Origin: Capsulimonadaceae bacterium
GTDB lineage: Bacteria > Armatimonadota > Armatimonadia > Armatimonadales > Capsulimonadaceae
Assembly: GCA_965215505.1 (NCBI GenBank)
Contig: OZ244065.1
Span: 1,696,001-1,760,000, forward strand
Direction: 5' to 3'
Length of the DNA: 64,000 nucleotides
Positions 37,094 through 47,857 of the stretch are shown piece by piece. Position numbers and translations under genes: made by a program. How positions within the stretch are numbered: position 1 is the first letter of the stretch; the number at the start of each line of letters is the position of its first letter. The notes below the pieces were generated by a model. It saw only the letters and a program-made list of their open reading frames with translations. It ran no database searches and had not been told where the DNA came from.

Positions 37094-38680
37094 TCAGCGG
37101 GCGCTCACGGGCGGCGTCGGCACGGGAGGCACCGGTGGGGGCGGTGCCTGGGCCAGCGTCGTGACGGTCGCGACCGGCTGGAGGGAGTTGCCGCCGGTGA
37201 CGGACGGGCCGTAGAGGAGGGTCGGCAGGACGCCGAACAGCAGGGTGGCGACGGCGCAGACGGCGAGGGCGACGTCCGCGCCGAGGGCGAACTTCCAGAC
37301 GTTGGCCGGGAACTCGCGCTTGGCGGGCAGGAAGTACATCGTGTAGACGATGCGGAGGTAGTAGGCCGCGCCGATGACGCTCGCGACCAGGCCGATGACG
37401 GCGAGGCTATACTGGTGGGCGTTCACGGCGGCGATGAAGACGTAGAACTTGCCGAAGAAGCCGGCGGCCGGCGGGACGCCCGCCAGGGAGAACATGAACA
37501 GGGCCATCAGGGCGGCGGCCCAGGGCTGGGTGGCGGCCAACCCCTGCAAATCCTCGATGTTGTTCAGCTCATCGCCGCGCCGGGCCAGCAGGATGAGGAT
37601 GCCGAACGCGCCGAGGTTCATGAAGGTGTAGGCGAGGACGTAGAACAGGATGCCGGCATAGGCCTGGCTGGGGATGCCGAGTTCGGGGTGTGCCTGGGCA
37701 TAGCCCGAGGACCCGGCCAGCAGGCCGACCAGGATATACCCGGCATGGGCGATGCTGGAATAGGCCAGCATCCGCTTGATGTTGGTCTGGACGATGGCGA
37801 CGACGTTGCCGACCACCATGGTCAGGATGGCGAGTACCCAGAAGACGTCGTGGAAGACGCTGGACAGGGGCAGCAGGACGATGGCGACGCGCACCAGGGC
37901 GGCGAACGCGCCGCACTTGGCCCCGGCCGACATGAAGGCCGTCACCGAAGTCGGCGCACCCTCATACACGTCGGGCGTCCATGAGTGGAACGGCACGATG
38001 GCAGCCTTGAAGCCCAGGCCGACGATTAGAAGGGCGAAGCCTGCCACGGCATAGGGGGACATCAAGGCACCGAGTGGAATGGAGGTCAGTAGGTCCAGTC
38101 GGGTCGTCCCGGTGCCGCCGTAGACAAGCGCGATGCCATACAGGAAGAAGCCCGAGGAGAACGAGCCGAGCAGGAAATACTTCATCGCCGACTCTTCCGA
38201 GCGCGCCTCCGTCCGGGCAAACCCGGACAGAACGTATAAGGCGATGGACAGCACTTCCAGGCCGATGAAGATCGTGATCAGCTCGCGGCTCGTCGCCATC
38301 AGCATCGCGCCCGCCGTCGAGAAGAGCATCAGGGCGTAATATTCGCCGTAGTTGATGCCCTTCTGCTGGATGTAGTTCTCGGACAGCATCACGGACAGGG
38401 CGACGACGACCAGCAGGATGATCTGGAAAGCCAGCGCGAAGTTGTCGGCGACGACGGAGCCGTTGAAAGCTGTCTTGGCGGTCGCCGCCGACGCGCCGAA
38501 GGGCCACAGGAGGAAGCAGGCGATCCACGCGGCGACGATGCCCGCGAGTGAGACGGCCACGCACATGCTCTTGCGGTCGCGTGGCAGGAAGAGGTCTACC
38601 ATCAGCACCGCCATCGCCGTGACGACGAGGATGAGCAGGGGCGAGATGACCTGGATGTCGTTGAGATTAACAGGGAGCAT
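37094..38680 (-). CDS. nuoN: NADH-quinone oxidoreductase subunit N
   Basis: LEVLS, ESAMKYFLLG, FKAAIVPFHSWTPDVYEGAP, KRMLAYSSIAH. Confidence 0.95.
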   Translation of the reverse strand: MLPVNLNDIQVISPLLILVVTAMAVLMVDLFLPRDRKSMCVAVSLAGIVAAWIACFLLWPFGASAATAKTAFNGSVVADNFALAFQIILLVVVALSVMLSENYIQQKGINYGEYYALMLFSTAGAMLMATSRELITIFIGLEVLSIALYVLSGFARTEARSEESAMKYFLLGSFSSGFFLYGIALVYGGTGTTRLDLLTSIPLGALMSPYAVAGFALLIVGLGFKAAIVPFHSWTPDVYEGAPTSVTAFMSAGAKCGAFAALVRVAIVLLPLSSVFHDVFWVLAILTMVVGNVVAIVQTNIKRMLAYSSIAHAGYILVGLLAGSSGYAQAHPELGIPSQAYAGILFYVLAYTFMNLGAFGILILLARRGDELNNIEDLQGLAATQPWAAALMALFMFSLAGVPPAAGFFGKFYVFIAAVNAHQYSLAVIGLVASVIGAAYYLRIVYTMYFLPAKREFPANVWKFALGADVALAVCAVATLLFGVLPTLLYGPSVTGGNSLQPVATVTTLAQAPPPPVPPVPTPPVSAR

Positions 38681-38685
38681 AGAAG

Positions 38686-40326
38686 TTATTGGCCTTTCGG
38701 CGATGGGCCGGCAGACGGCCCGCCGCCACCGGCGATACCGGCGGGTCCTCGGGACCCAGGGCCGCTGAGGCCCAGGGCGTCAAGCTGGTCTTTGGTCGGG
38801 GTATCGAATGGATTATCGTAGGACAGCTTGGTCTGCGTCATGACAGTCGTGACGGCCGGATTCACTTTGTTGAGTACGGTCGGCGTTGGGTATGCGCCCA
38901 GCAGGAAGATGAGCAGGACGAGCGGGATCAAGGCCCACTTCTCGCCGCCGGTCATGTCCGGCAGCGACCGGTTGGCCTCGTTGTCCAGCTTGCCGTACAT
39001 GACGCGCTGGAACATCCAGAGCATGTAGACGACCGACCAGATCGCCGCCGTGGTCGCGAAGGCCGCCGCCCAGGGGCTTGTCTGGAACGAGCCGAGCAGC
39101 AGCAACAGCTCGCCGGTGAAGCCACTGGTCAGCGGCAGGGCGACCGAGGAGAGCGTCGCGATGAGGAAGACGACCGTGAACATCGGCATGACGCCCATCA
39201 GCCCGCCGAAGTCCTTGATCTGGTAGGACTGACGTCGCGCGTACAGGCCCCCGATCAGGATGAACAGCGCGCCCGTCGTGATCGTATGGCTCACCATCTG
39301 GATGACCGCCCCGGACATGCCGATGGATGTCAGGGTGAAGATGCCGAGCATGATGACGCCGATGTGTGACACGGACGAGTACGCGATGAGGCGCTTCAGG
39401 TCTGTCTGCATCGCGGCGACCAGGGCAGCATAGATGACGCCGATGACGGCCAGGATGATGATGAAGGGGGCGGCCTCCAGGACAGCATGGGGGAACAAGG
39501 GCAGGCAGAAGCGGATGAAGCCGTACAGCCCCATCTTCAAGGAGATCAAGATGATCGTCCCACCGGTCGGCGCTTCCGCGTAAGCGTCCGGCACCCAGCT
39601 ATGGAAGGGGAACACGGGAGCCTTGATGCCGAAGGCCAGGAAGAAGCCCGTGAACAGCAGGAGGTCCGTCGTCTCCTTGCCCGAGAACATGCCGAGATAG
39701 ACGTGCTTCTGGAGTTCGGGCAGGTCGAAGGAACCCGGAGCCGTCGGGGTGGCCGACAGGAAGTACAGGGCCATGATCGAAACCAGCATCACCATCGAGC
39801 CGACCATCGTGTAGAGGAAGAACTTGACGGTGGCGTAGACGCGCCGAGGCCCGCCCCAGATGCCGATGATGAAGTACATCGGGATCAGCATCCCTTCCCA
39901 GAACAAATAGTATAAGACCAGGTTCAGGGACAGGAAGACGCCTAAGACGGCGGTTTCCATCACCAGCACCCAGCAGTAGTATTCGCGGGCGCGCTCGGTG
40001 ATCTCCTTGAACGAGACGCCGACGACGAACGGGAAGATGAGCGTCGTCATCAGCACCATTAGGAGCGAGATGCCGTCTATGCCGAGGTAGTAATTGATAT
40101 GCAGGGACGACACCCAAGGGGTGAAGTCCTTGAGTTGGAACTGCTCCGCGCCATGCGGATTATACGCGGCATAGAGGTAGAGTGAAACCGCGAGGGTCGC
40201 CAGCGTCCCCGCCAGCGTCAGCCCTTTGATCGTCTGGAGGTTCGTCTTAGGAACCAGGGCGACCAGCAGTGCGAACGCCGCGGGCAGGAATACGGTCAGG
40301 GTCAGCAGGCCATGAAATTCAGTCAT
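38686..40326 (-). CDS. nuoM: NADH-quinone oxidoreductase subunit M
   Basis: GIDGIS, FWE..LIPMY, KFFLYT, KRLIAYSSVSH. Confidence 0.95.
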   Translation of the reverse strand: MTEFHGLLTLTVFLPAAFALLVALVPKTNLQTIKGLTLAGTLATLAVSLYLYAAYNPHGAEQFQLKDFTPWVSSLHINYYLGIDGISLLMVLMTTLIFPFVVGVSFKEITERAREYYCWVLVMETAVLGVFLSLNLVLYYLFWEGMLIPMYFIIGIWGGPRRVYATVKFFLYTMVGSMVMLVSIMALYFLSATPTAPGSFDLPELQKHVYLGMFSGKETTDLLLFTGFFLAFGIKAPVFPFHSWVPDAYAEAPTGGTIILISLKMGLYGFIRFCLPLFPHAVLEAAPFIIILAVIGVIYAALVAAMQTDLKRLIAYSSVSHIGVIMLGIFTLTSIGMSGAVIQMVSHTITTGALFILIGGLYARRQSYQIKDFGGLMGVMPMFTVVFLIATLSSVALPLTSGFTGELLLLLGSFQTSPWAAAFATTAAIWSVVYMLWMFQRVMYGKLDNEANRSLPDMTGGEKWALIPLVLLIFLLGAYPTPTVLNKVNPAVTTVMTQTKLSYDNPFDTPTKDQLDALGLSGPGSRGPAGIAGGGGPSAGPSPKGQ

Positions 40327-40332
40327 AATGGT

Positions 40333-42465
40333 TTACTTGTGGAGGCCGATCGCGCCCACGATCACGAACACGAGGATGGCAAGAATCCCGACGACCATCG
40401 AGAAAGCGTAAGAGCGGACGTAACCGTTCTGGGTCTTGCGGATGCGCTGGCCGGACCAGGCGGCCAAGACCCCCACCCCATTGACGATGCCGTTGATGCC
40501 CCGCTCGTCGAAGGTGATCCAGAGCCAGTTCGCCATCTTCTTGCCCAGCTTGACGAACCAGAAATTGTAGGCCTCGTCCACGAAATACTTGTTCAGAATC
40601 GCCCAGTTATACCAACCTGCACTAAGCAGACGGTGATTGGCACGGACGGCCGGCTGCATCAGCTCGCCACTGTGGTCGGTGCGGAAGGACGACCGGTAGA
40701 CGCTGAAGCAGATGGCGAGGATTACAACGATTACGGCACACAACCCATAACCGAAATAGGGTTCCAGGCTTGGGCTTGTCTCCGGCCCGCGATAACCCGG
40801 CGTGGAGACGGATGGGGCCAGGAACTCCGCGAACGTCTTGAAGCGCAGGACAAGCCAGCCGGTGATGGAGGACAGCACGGCTAGGATGCCGATGGGAACG
40901 ATCATCGCCAGGCTCGACTCGTGCGCGCCGCGTGCCGCGTCCGTCCGGGGCGGCCCGGCATAGGTCTTCATCATCATCCGCATCATGTAGAAGGCGGTCA
41001 GCAGGGCAGTAAGCGCCCCGATAGCCCAGAACAGCAGCCCGCCGGCCTGGAAGTTAGTCCAGAGAATTTCGTCCTTGCTCCAGAACCCGGCGAAGGGGAC
41101 CACGCCTGAGATCGCGAGCGTCGCAGCCAGCATGGACCACGCCGTGACGGGGATTTTGCGCCAAAGCCCGCCCATGTTCCGCATGTCCTGGGGGTCGTTC
41201 GGGTCAGGACCGGCGGTGCCGCCGGTCTTCTCGTCCGCCGAGTCGCCGTGTTCGGAATGGGCGGCGTCCTGCTCACCGTGGTGCCCGTGCGAGGCGTGCA
41301 TGGCGTGTTCGACGGCGTGGATGACCGAGCCGGAGCCGAGGAAGAGGCAGGCCTTGAAGAAGGCATGGGTCATCACATGGAACATGCCCGCCGCGAAGAC
41401 GCCCGCGCCGCAGGCGGCGAACATATAGCCGAGCTGCGAGACGGTGGAGTAGGCCAGGACGCGCTTGATGTCGTTCTGCATCAGGCCGATGGTGGCCGCG
41501 AAGAAGGCGGTCGCGATGCCGGTCACGGCAATCGTGATCATAGCGGTATCGGACAGCTCAAACAGCGCGTGGGTGCGGGAGACGAGGTAGATGCCCGCCG
41601 TCACCATCGTGGCGGCATGAATGAGGGCCGAAACCGGCGTCGGGCCTTCCATCGCGTCCGGCAGCCAGGTGTAGAGCGGGAACTGTGCCGACTTGCCCGT
41701 GCAGCCCAGGAAGAGCATCAGGAGCATCGTCGTGATGAGCGTCGGCGTCGCCAGTCGCAGAATGGCGGGCGCGGCTTCGGTCATTCCGGTCACGCCGGAT
41801 TGGCCGGTCACGAAGTCGAGCGTATTAAAGTAGTGGAACAGGAAGAACATCCCAATCAGGACACCGACATCACCGATGCGGTTGACGATGAACGCCTTCT
41901 TGGCCGCGTCCCCCGCCGACTTCTTCTCGTAGAAGAAGCCGATGAGCAGGTAGGAACACAGCCCGACGCCTTCCCAGCCGATGAACAGCATCAGGAGGTT
42001 GTTCGCCATGACCAGCAGCAGCATGAAGAAGATGAACAGGTTCAGGTAGGTGAAGAACCTCTGGTAGCCTTTATCTTCCGCCATGTAGCTCGTGGAGTAC
42101 AGATGGATGAGGCCGCCGACGCCGGTGATTATGAGCATCATCAGGACGGAGAGTGGGTCAATCAGCAGCTCGAAGTTGACGGCAAAGCTGTGGATGACAC
42201 CATTCGGGTCGGCCGGCACATACAGCCAGGGCGCGAGGTAGACCGTGGCCTGCTTGTGACCATCAAGGGCGGCCATGACGTGCTGGAACAGCAGGCAGGC
42301 GACGACGAAGGAGGCGAACACGGCGGCGGTGCCGATGAAGCCTGCCACAACTTTAGGCAAGGGTTTACCCGTGAGTGGGCCGAGGACGCCGTTAATCAGG
42401 AAGCCGATCAGCGGGAAAAACGGGATGAGCCAGGCGTATAGGAGGGTCTGGTCAGAGTGCGGCAT
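40333..42465 (-). CDS. nuoL: NADH-quinone oxidoreductase subunit L
   Basis: GWEGVGLCSYLLIGF, GKSAQFPL.TWLPDAMEGPTPVSALIHAATMV, HAFFKA. Confidence 0.96.
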   Translation of the reverse strand: MPHSDQTLLYAWLIPFFPLIGFLINGVLGPLTGKPLPKVVAGFIGTAAVFASFVVACLLFQHVMAALDGHKQATVYLAPWLYVPADPNGVIHSFAVNFELLIDPLSVLMMLIITGVGGLIHLYSTSYMAEDKGYQRFFTYLNLFIFFMLLLVMANNLLMLFIGWEGVGLCSYLLIGFFYEKKSAGDAAKKAFIVNRIGDVGVLIGMFFLFHYFNTLDFVTGQSGVTGMTEAAPAILRLATPTLITTMLLMLFLGCTGKSAQFPLYTWLPDAMEGPTPVSALIHAATMVTAGIYLVSRTHALFELSDTAMITIAVTGIATAFFAATIGLMQNDIKRVLAYSTVSQLGYMFAACGAGVFAAGMFHVMTHAFFKACLFLGSGSVIHAVEHAMHASHGHHGEQDAAHSEHGDSADEKTGGTAGPDPNDPQDMRNMGGLWRKIPVTAWSMLAATLAISGVVPFAGFWSKDEILWTNFQAGGLLFWAIGALTALLTAFYMMRMMMKTYAGPPRTDAARGAHESSLAMIVPIGILAVLSSITGWLVLRFKTFAEFLAPSVSTPGYRGPETSPSLEPYFGYGLCAVIVVILAICFSVYRSSFRTDHSGELMQPAVRANHRLLSAGWYNWAILNKYFVDEAYNFWFVKLGKKMANWLWITFDERGINGIVNGVGVLAAWSGQRIRKTQNGYVRSYAFSMVVGILAILVFVIVGAIGLHK

Positions 42466-42517
42466 GTGAACTCCAGGGGTAGGCCCTCGTTCTAGGAGAG
42501 AACGGAGGCGAGGGGGT

Positions 42518-42832
42518 TTACCCCTTCATCAAATCAATCTCGTCCACGTTGATGGACGTTCGGTTGCGGAAGATGGAAACCAGGATGCCCAGGCCGACGG
42601 CGACCTCGGCGGCGGCGACAGCCATGACGAAGATCACCATCATCTGGCCGCCGAGGTCGCCCCGGTAGCGGGAGAAGGCGACGAATGTCAGGTTGACGGC
42701 GTTCAGCATCAGCTCCACGCACATGAAGATGACGATAGGATTGCGCTTAATCAGGACGCCGACGACGCCGATGGTGAACAGGATGGCGCTGAGGATCAGA
42801 TAGTAGTCCAGGGGGATGTACTCGTTCGTCAC
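42518..42832 (-). CDS. nuoK: NADH-quinone oxidoreductase subunit K
   Basis: [18 protein letters not shown]. Confidence 0.95.
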   Translation of the reverse strand: MTNEYIPLDYYLILSAILFTIGVVGVLIKRNPIVIFMCVELMLNAVNLTFVAFSRYRGDLGGQMMVIFVMAVAAAEVAVGLGILVSIFRNRTSINVDEIDLMKG

Positions 42833-42841
42833 GCTTAAATC

Positions 42842-43363
42842 CTATATCCTTTTCTTCGCCAGCATGACCGCGCCGACGGCGGCGACGAGCAGCAGGATCG
42901 AGACGACCTCAAAGGGGAATGTCCAGGTGGAGGAGAAGAGGCCGGGGTTGTTCGGCCCCAGCCCCAGCCCGATCTCCTGCGGCCCGACCAGGGCAGTCGG
43001 GAGCGTCTGCGGGTGGGCGGGGACGGTGGCGATGATCGTCGCCAGCACGGCGATGACGGCCAAGCCGGCCACGACCGCGAGAGGCTGCTGCGGCTTCAGC
43101 CGGTCCACGATGCGTTCGGGTGTTCCTAGGTTCAGCAGCATGATGACGAAGATAAACAGCACCATGATCGCGCCGGCGTAAACGATCACCTGCACGGCGG
43201 CGATGAAGACCGCGTGCAGGGACAGGAACAGCAGGGCGACGCTGAACAGGACCAGGACCAAATAGAGGGCGCTGCGGACGGGGTTGTCCACGAGGATCAT
43301 GGCGATGCCGCACACGACGGTGATGGCGGCCAGGATGCCGAAAAGGATAAGCTGCGGGGTCAT
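42842..43363 (-). CDS. nuoJ: NADH-quinone oxidoreductase subunit J
   Basis: NPVRSAL, QVIVYAGAIMVLF.F, PFEVVSILLL. Confidence 0.95.
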   Translation of the reverse strand: MTPQLILFGILAAITVVCGIAMILVDNPVRSALYLVLVLFSVALLFLSLHAVFIAAVQVIVYAGAIMVLFIFVIMLLNLGTPERIVDRLKPQQPLAVVAGLAVIAVLATIIATVPAHPQTLPTALVGPQEIGLGLGPNNPGLFSSTWTFPFEVVSILLLVAAVGAVMLAKKRI

Positions 43364-43414
43364 ATGTTGTCTCGGAATCTGCCGGGCCTTGCGGCCCGGC
43401 GGGTTCTTTCGCGT

Positions 43415-43879
43415 TTACAGGGTCGGGTCGGCGACCAGCATCATCTCTTTCGTGTAGATGGTGTCCTTGCGGTTGTACTCGGCCAACTCGCACAAGTCCT
43501 TGAGTTGGACGGCCTGCGTCGGGCAGGCTTCCTCGCAGTAGCCACAGAAGATGCAGCGGAGCATGTTGATCTCGTACTGTGCGGCGAACCGCTCGCCGGG
43601 CGAAACGCGGTTTTCTTCCGTGTTCTCCGCCGCAACCACTAAAATGGCGTTCGCGGGGCAGGCCCCGGCGCAGAGGGAGCAGCCGATACACTTCTCCAGG
43701 CCGTTCTCGTAGCGGTTCAGGACGTGCCGCCAGCGCGACCGGCGCGGCATCGGGCGATGCACTTCCGGGTACTGGATGGTCACACGCGCTTCGTGCGAAG
43801 CGCCCTGGGTGATCCGCATGCCCGTGAAGGGTGCCTTGATCTCGCCCGCGAGGGCTTTTATGTCATCCATGAGGCTCAT
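43415..43879 (-). CDS. nuoI: NADH-quinone oxidoreductase subunit I
   Basis: TIQYPE, CIGCSLC...[14 protein letters not shown]. Confidence 0.96.
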   Translation of the reverse strand: MSLMDDIKALAGEIKAPFTGMRITQGASHEARVTIQYPEVHRPMPRRSRWRHVLNRYENGLEKCIGCSLCAGACPANAILVVAAENTEENRVSPGERFAAQYEINMLRCIFCGYCEEACPTQAVQLKDLCELAEYNRKDTIYTKEMMLVADPTL

Positions 43880-43911
43880 GGGTGTCTTGTCCTTTTCTAA
43901 TCTGATTATTG

Positions 43912-45399
43912 TCAGCGCCGAGAAGTCAGCGCGTCATCAATGATGTTAGCTTCGCGCTCGCTTTTCGCGGCCGGGAAGCCGCCGATGCTGGCGTCAGGGG
44001 GCAGCGTCTGCGCCCCATAGCCGGGGTTCTCGGCGATGACGCGGTACGGCTGCGGCGTGGAATGAAGCTCGATGGTCGAGCCGCGCCGCGAGTTGGTCGC
44101 GAAGATCTGGAGCGGCTTGCTCTTGCCGAAGAAGTAGAGGCTGATGACGAAGACCACCGCCCAAGCTGCCAGCGCGATGGGATAACCCAAAGCGATGCCA
44201 ACAGCAAGTAGCAGCACGTTGACAAGGGCGATGGGCAGGATTCCCTGCCAGCCGATCTTCATCAGCATGTCATACCGCAGGCGGGGCAGGGTGGCACGAA
44301 TCCAGATGAAGAAGTACAGGCCGCCCAGAATCTTAATCGTCAGCCACACGACCGGCAGCAACGAATTGACGATGAGCGTCGCCCAAGGGATGCCCCAATG
44401 GGCGATGTCACGCCCGCCTGCCGCGTTGAACGTGTACACATTGACGATGCCCTGCGGCAACTGGTCCAGCCAGGGAATCGGCGCGTGGAAACCACCCAAG
44501 AAGAGCGTCGAGCCGATGGCGCTGACCACGATCATGTTGGCATACTCGCCCAGGAAGAACGTCGCGAACTTCATGGACGTGTATTCGGTGTGGTAGCCTG
44601 CGACAAGCTCCGTCTCGGCTTCCGGCAGATCGAACGGCGCGCGGTTCGTCTCGGCCAGCATGGAAACCAAGTAGATCAGGGCGGCGATGGCACCCAGCGG
44701 GAAGAACTTGAAGACGTTCCAGGCCGGGAGCGCGATGCCGTAATGTGTCAGGGTCGGAGTAATCTCGTAGAAGCCCTGCTGCTTGACGATCTCTTGCAGG
44801 CTCAGGCTGCCCGAGAGCAGGACAACGGAGATGATCGCAAGACCCATGCCCAGTTCATAGGAGATCATCTGCGCCGACGACCGCAGGCCACCGAGAAGCG
44901 AATACTTGTTATTGGACGACCAGCCCGCCAGGACGACGCCGTAGACGGCGAGCGACGACCAGGCCAGCATGTACAGGACGCCGACATTGACGTTCGGCGC
45001 GGCGGCCCCCCAGGTGTAGCTTGGCCCCCAGGGTACGACGGCGGCGGTCACGAGCGAAGGAATCAGGAAGACGATCGGCGCGAGGATGAACAGGACCTTG
45101 TCCACGTTCGTCGGGTTCATGTCCTCTTTGAACAGCAGCTTCAGGCCGTCGGCGATGGTCTGGAGCAGCCCGAAGGGTCCGACGCGGTTGGGGCCCTGCC
45201 GCTGCTGCATCCAGCCGAGCAGGCGGCGCTCCCACCAGACGAGGGGCGGCACGACCAGCAGGATCGCGAAGACCCCGATCAGGACGCGCACGACGGTGCG
45301 GACCAGGTCAATCCACCAGAGCTGCGGCGGGAGCATGCCGGTGCTGGTGTGGACCGGGTCCACATTGAAGAAGTAGTGAAAGAATGTTGACGGGTCCAT
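43912..45399 (-). CDS. nuoH: NADH-quinone oxidoreductase subunit H (long form)
   Basis: ERR...[44 protein letters not shown]. Confidence 0.96.
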   Translation of the reverse strand: MDPSTFFHYFFNVDPVHTSTGMLPPQLWWIDLVRTVVRVLIGVFAILLVVPPLVWWERRLLGWMQQRQGPNRVGPFGLLQTIADGLKLLFKEDMNPTNVDKVLFILAPIVFLIPSLVTAAVVPWGPSYTWGAAAPNVNVGVLYMLAWSSLAVYGVVLAGWSSNNKYSLLGGLRSSAQMISYELGMGLAIISVVLLSGSLSLQEIVKQQGFYEITPTLTHYGIALPAWNVFKFFPLGAIAALIYLVSMLAETNRAPFDLPEAETELVAGYHTEYTSMKFATFFLGEYANMIVVSAIGSTLFLGGFHAPIPWLDQLPQGIVNVYTFNAAGGRDIAHWGIPWATLIVNSLLPVVWLTIKILGGLYFFIWIRATLPRLRYDMLMKIGWQGILPIALVNVLLLAVGIALGYPIALAAWAVVFVISLYFFGKSKPLQIFATNSRRGSTIELHSTPQPYRVIAENPGYGAQTLPPDASIGGFPAAKSEREANIIDDALTSRR

Positions 45400-45407
45400 A
45401 GTGTTTG

Positions 45408-47348
45408 TTAGGAGGCGGTCACGCGGCTGATCTCGCGCCGGATGTCGCGCGGCGAGAAATAGGGAACCGGCTTGCCCAGGCGGGACATCAATTCGGAGAC
45501 GATCTGCCAGTCCGCCTTGCTCTGCCCGCGCGGCTCGACGGCCTTCTTGAAGCGCTGCACACGGCCCTCGATGTTGGTGAACGAGCCGTCCTTCTCGATA
45601 AAAGAGCAGGTCGGCAGGAACACGCTCGCGAGCTTCGCCGTCTCGGTCAGGAACATGTCCTGCACGATCAGGTACGGCACCTTCTCCAAAGCGGCTCGGG
45701 CCAGGTCAGCGTCCGGGAATGCCGTGATCAGGTCGGTGCCCATGACGTACAGGGTCTTGATCTTGCCGCTGACGCAGCCTTCCAGGATGCCGCGCGTGTC
45801 CAGGCCGGGTTCGGCGGGGATGGGTCCGCCCCAGAGCGCCTCGAACTTCGGTGTCGCGCCGTTGCCGACGCTCGACATGGCGGGCAGGCGGTCCGGCAGG
45901 ATGCCCATCTGGATCGCGCCCCAGGAGTTGTTGTCGGGCAGCAGCACGTTCAGCTTCGCGCCCGACGCGGCGCAGGCGGCGCGCAGGAACTCGATGTCGG
46001 CGGGCGGCGTCTTGTACCAGGCCAGGACGACCGTCCCCGGACCCGCCGCGATGGCCTCGGCGACTTCGGCGGAGCGGGCATTGTCGTTGCGGAAATAGTG
46101 CGCGCCGCCTTTGGAAATGGCCTTGTAGATACGCAGCCACAGGACGGGCAGGTCGTCGTCAATCTCCGTGCCGATGGCGACGATGCGCTTGGCCTCGCCC
46201 ACCTCGGCGATGGAGGTCTGCATCGGGATGATCGGGAACGGCGACATCCGGTGGTCCAGGTTGTTGGTGCCAAGTGCGGTGCGGAACATGCGCTGGAACA
46301 GGTACAGGTCCTCATTGGAGGCGCGGGTCGAGCCGATGCCGGCCACGCTGTTCGGGTCGGCGGCGGCAGCGTCCTTCAGAGCCTTGGAGGCCGCGCCTAG
46401 AGCATCATCCCAAGTGACCTTGCGGAGCTGGGAGGCGTAACGCTGGAGGGGGTCCTTGATGCGGTCGGTGCTGTTGACCCAATATTGTTCGAACTTGCCC
46501 CGGTCGCAGGTCCACTCCTCGTTCACGTCCTCGTTCAGCCGGGCGTTGACGCGCATCAGCTCGCCGTTGCGGCTCTGGGCGACGATGCTGCACCCGACGC
46601 CGCACATGGAGCAGACGGAGTCCTGTGACTGGAACTCCCAGGGCCGGGCGGCGAACCGATAGGTCCGGGAGGTCAGCGCGCCGACCGGGCAAAGCTCGAT
46701 GGTGTTGCCGCTGAACTTGGACTTAAAGCCTTCCGGGGAGAACGGCGAGATGATGGCCGCATTGCCCCGGTTCTCGATTGCCAGTTCACCGTCACCGGAA
46801 ATCTCCTCGGTGAAGCGCGTGCAGCGCGCACACTGGATGCAGCGCTCGCGGTCCAACACGACATATTCCGAAATAGGAACAGCCTTGGGGAAGTGGCGCT
46901 TCTCGTCAATGAACCGCGTCACGCCCGGCCCGTACTGGTAGGTCATGTTCTGCAAGGGACATTCGCCGCCCCGGTCGCAGATCGGGCAGTCCAGCGGGTG
47001 GTTGATCAGCAGGAACTCCAGAATGGCGTTCTGCGCCTGCTTGGCCTCGGGCGAGATCGTGTCCACGGCCATGCCTTCGGCGACGGGCGTGGTGCAGGCG
47101 GTCTGGAGGCCGGGCACTTTGGCGATGCTGATGAGGCACATCCGGCACGCCCCGACGGGCTTCAGGCGCGGGTGGTGGCAGAAGTAAGGAACGTCGGCTC
47201 CAGCCTGGAACGCCGCCGTGATAACGAGGGTTCCCTTGGGAACCGAAACGGGCTTGCCGTCAACCGTGAGGTTGACCATGTCCACGGGGGGCTGCGCCTT
47301 CGTAGTCCCCTGCGCGGGTGCGATTGTCACTGTCGGTAATTCCGCCAT
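45408..47348 (-). CDS. nuoG: NADH-quinone oxidoreductase subunit G (compact)
   Basis: FCHH..GACRMC, HPLDCPICDRGGEC, RCIQCARC.RF, CPVGAL, N7 motif CSMCGVGC...C. Confidence 0.94.
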   Translation of the reverse strand: MAELPTVTIAPAQGTTKAQPPVDMVNLTVDGKPVSVPKGTLVITAAFQAGADVPYFCHHPRLKPVGACRMCLISIAKVPGLQTACTTPVAEGMAVDTISPEAKQAQNAILEFLLINHPLDCPICDRGGECPLQNMTYQYGPGVTRFIDEKRHFPKAVPISEYVVLDRERCIQCARCTRFTEEISGDGELAIENRGNAAIISPFSPEGFKSKFSGNTIELCPVGALTSRTYRFAARPWEFQSQDSVCSMCGVGCSIVAQSRNGELMRVNARLNEDVNEEWTCDRGKFEQYWVNSTDRIKDPLQRYASQLRKVTWDDALGAASKALKDAAAADPNSVAGIGSTRASNEDLYLFQRMFRTALGTNNLDHRMSPFPIIPMQTSIAEVGEAKRIVAIGTEIDDDLPVLWLRIYKAISKGGAHYFRNDNARSAEVAEAIAAGPGTVVLAWYKTPPADIEFLRAACAASGAKLNVLLPDNNSWGAIQMGILPDRLPAMSSVGNGATPKFEALWGGPIPAEPGLDTRGILEGCVSGKIKTLYVMGTDLITAFPDADLARAALEKVPYLIVQDMFLTETAKLASVFLPTCSFIEKDGSFTNIEGRVQRFKKAVEPRGQSKADWQIVSELMSRLGKPVPYFSPRDIRREISRVTAS

Positions 47349-47396
47349 GCGTATTTCTCTTGATCCTAAATCTATGCTTGCGTCGCTTTGCGCCTG

Positions 47397-47651
47397 TTAG
47401 TTATAGAAGTCACTGCGCGGTCCCACACGGATGATTGTCACCACTTTAGCTTGATCGTCTATGGGGTAAGCGACACGGTACTCGCCTACACGTATGCGCC
47501 AAACGTCTTCCTCAGACCTCAGTTTTATGCAGCCGGGGGGCCGTGGGTCATCGGCCAGCGCAAGTATCGCCACTGTTACCCGGTTCTTGACCGCCCTGTC
47601 AAGTCGCCGAAGGTCCTTCTCTGCGGACGACGTAATGACAATGCTATACAT
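47397..47651 (-). CDS. RelE/ParE-family toxin
   Basis: AEKDLRRL, LADDPRPPGCIKL, WRIRVGEYRV.Y, VGPR.D.Y. Confidence 0.9.
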   Translation of the reverse strand: MYSIVITSSAEKDLRRLDRAVKNRVTVAILALADDPRPPGCIKLRSEEDVWRIRVGEYRVAYPIDDQAKVVTIIRVGPRSDFYN

Positions 47652-47847
47652 CTATCTCGTAGGCGGCCCGCATTTCGGCGACGACCTCTCCAAAAGGGCG
47701 CGTCGATTCGTTGCGGCTGTCACGGGCGAGGCGCGCAAGATCAAGGTCTTCAAGCCACTCCTGAAACGCCTGATATTGCTCTATAGGCAACAGCACCGCC
47801 ATCTTGCGTCCCTCGGCATCGGTAACGAACTGAACATCTTGAACCAT
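47644..47847 (-). CDS. Probable antitoxin for the RelE toxin
   Basis: FVTDAEG..MAVLLPIE.Y; acidic; overlaps the toxin start. Confidence 0.75.
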   Translation of the reverse strand: MVQDVQFVTDAEGRKMAVLLPIEQYQAFQEWLEDLDLARLARDSRNESTRPFGEVVAEMRAAYEIDV

Positions 47848-47857
47848 GATCGCCGCC

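Noticed and set aside
43381..43400. GCCGGGCC-TTGC-GGCCCGGC hairpin between nuoI and nuoJ as a repeat family member
   Set aside because: Single short stem unrelated to the REPIN-like motif; most likely an ordinary mRNA stability hairpin.
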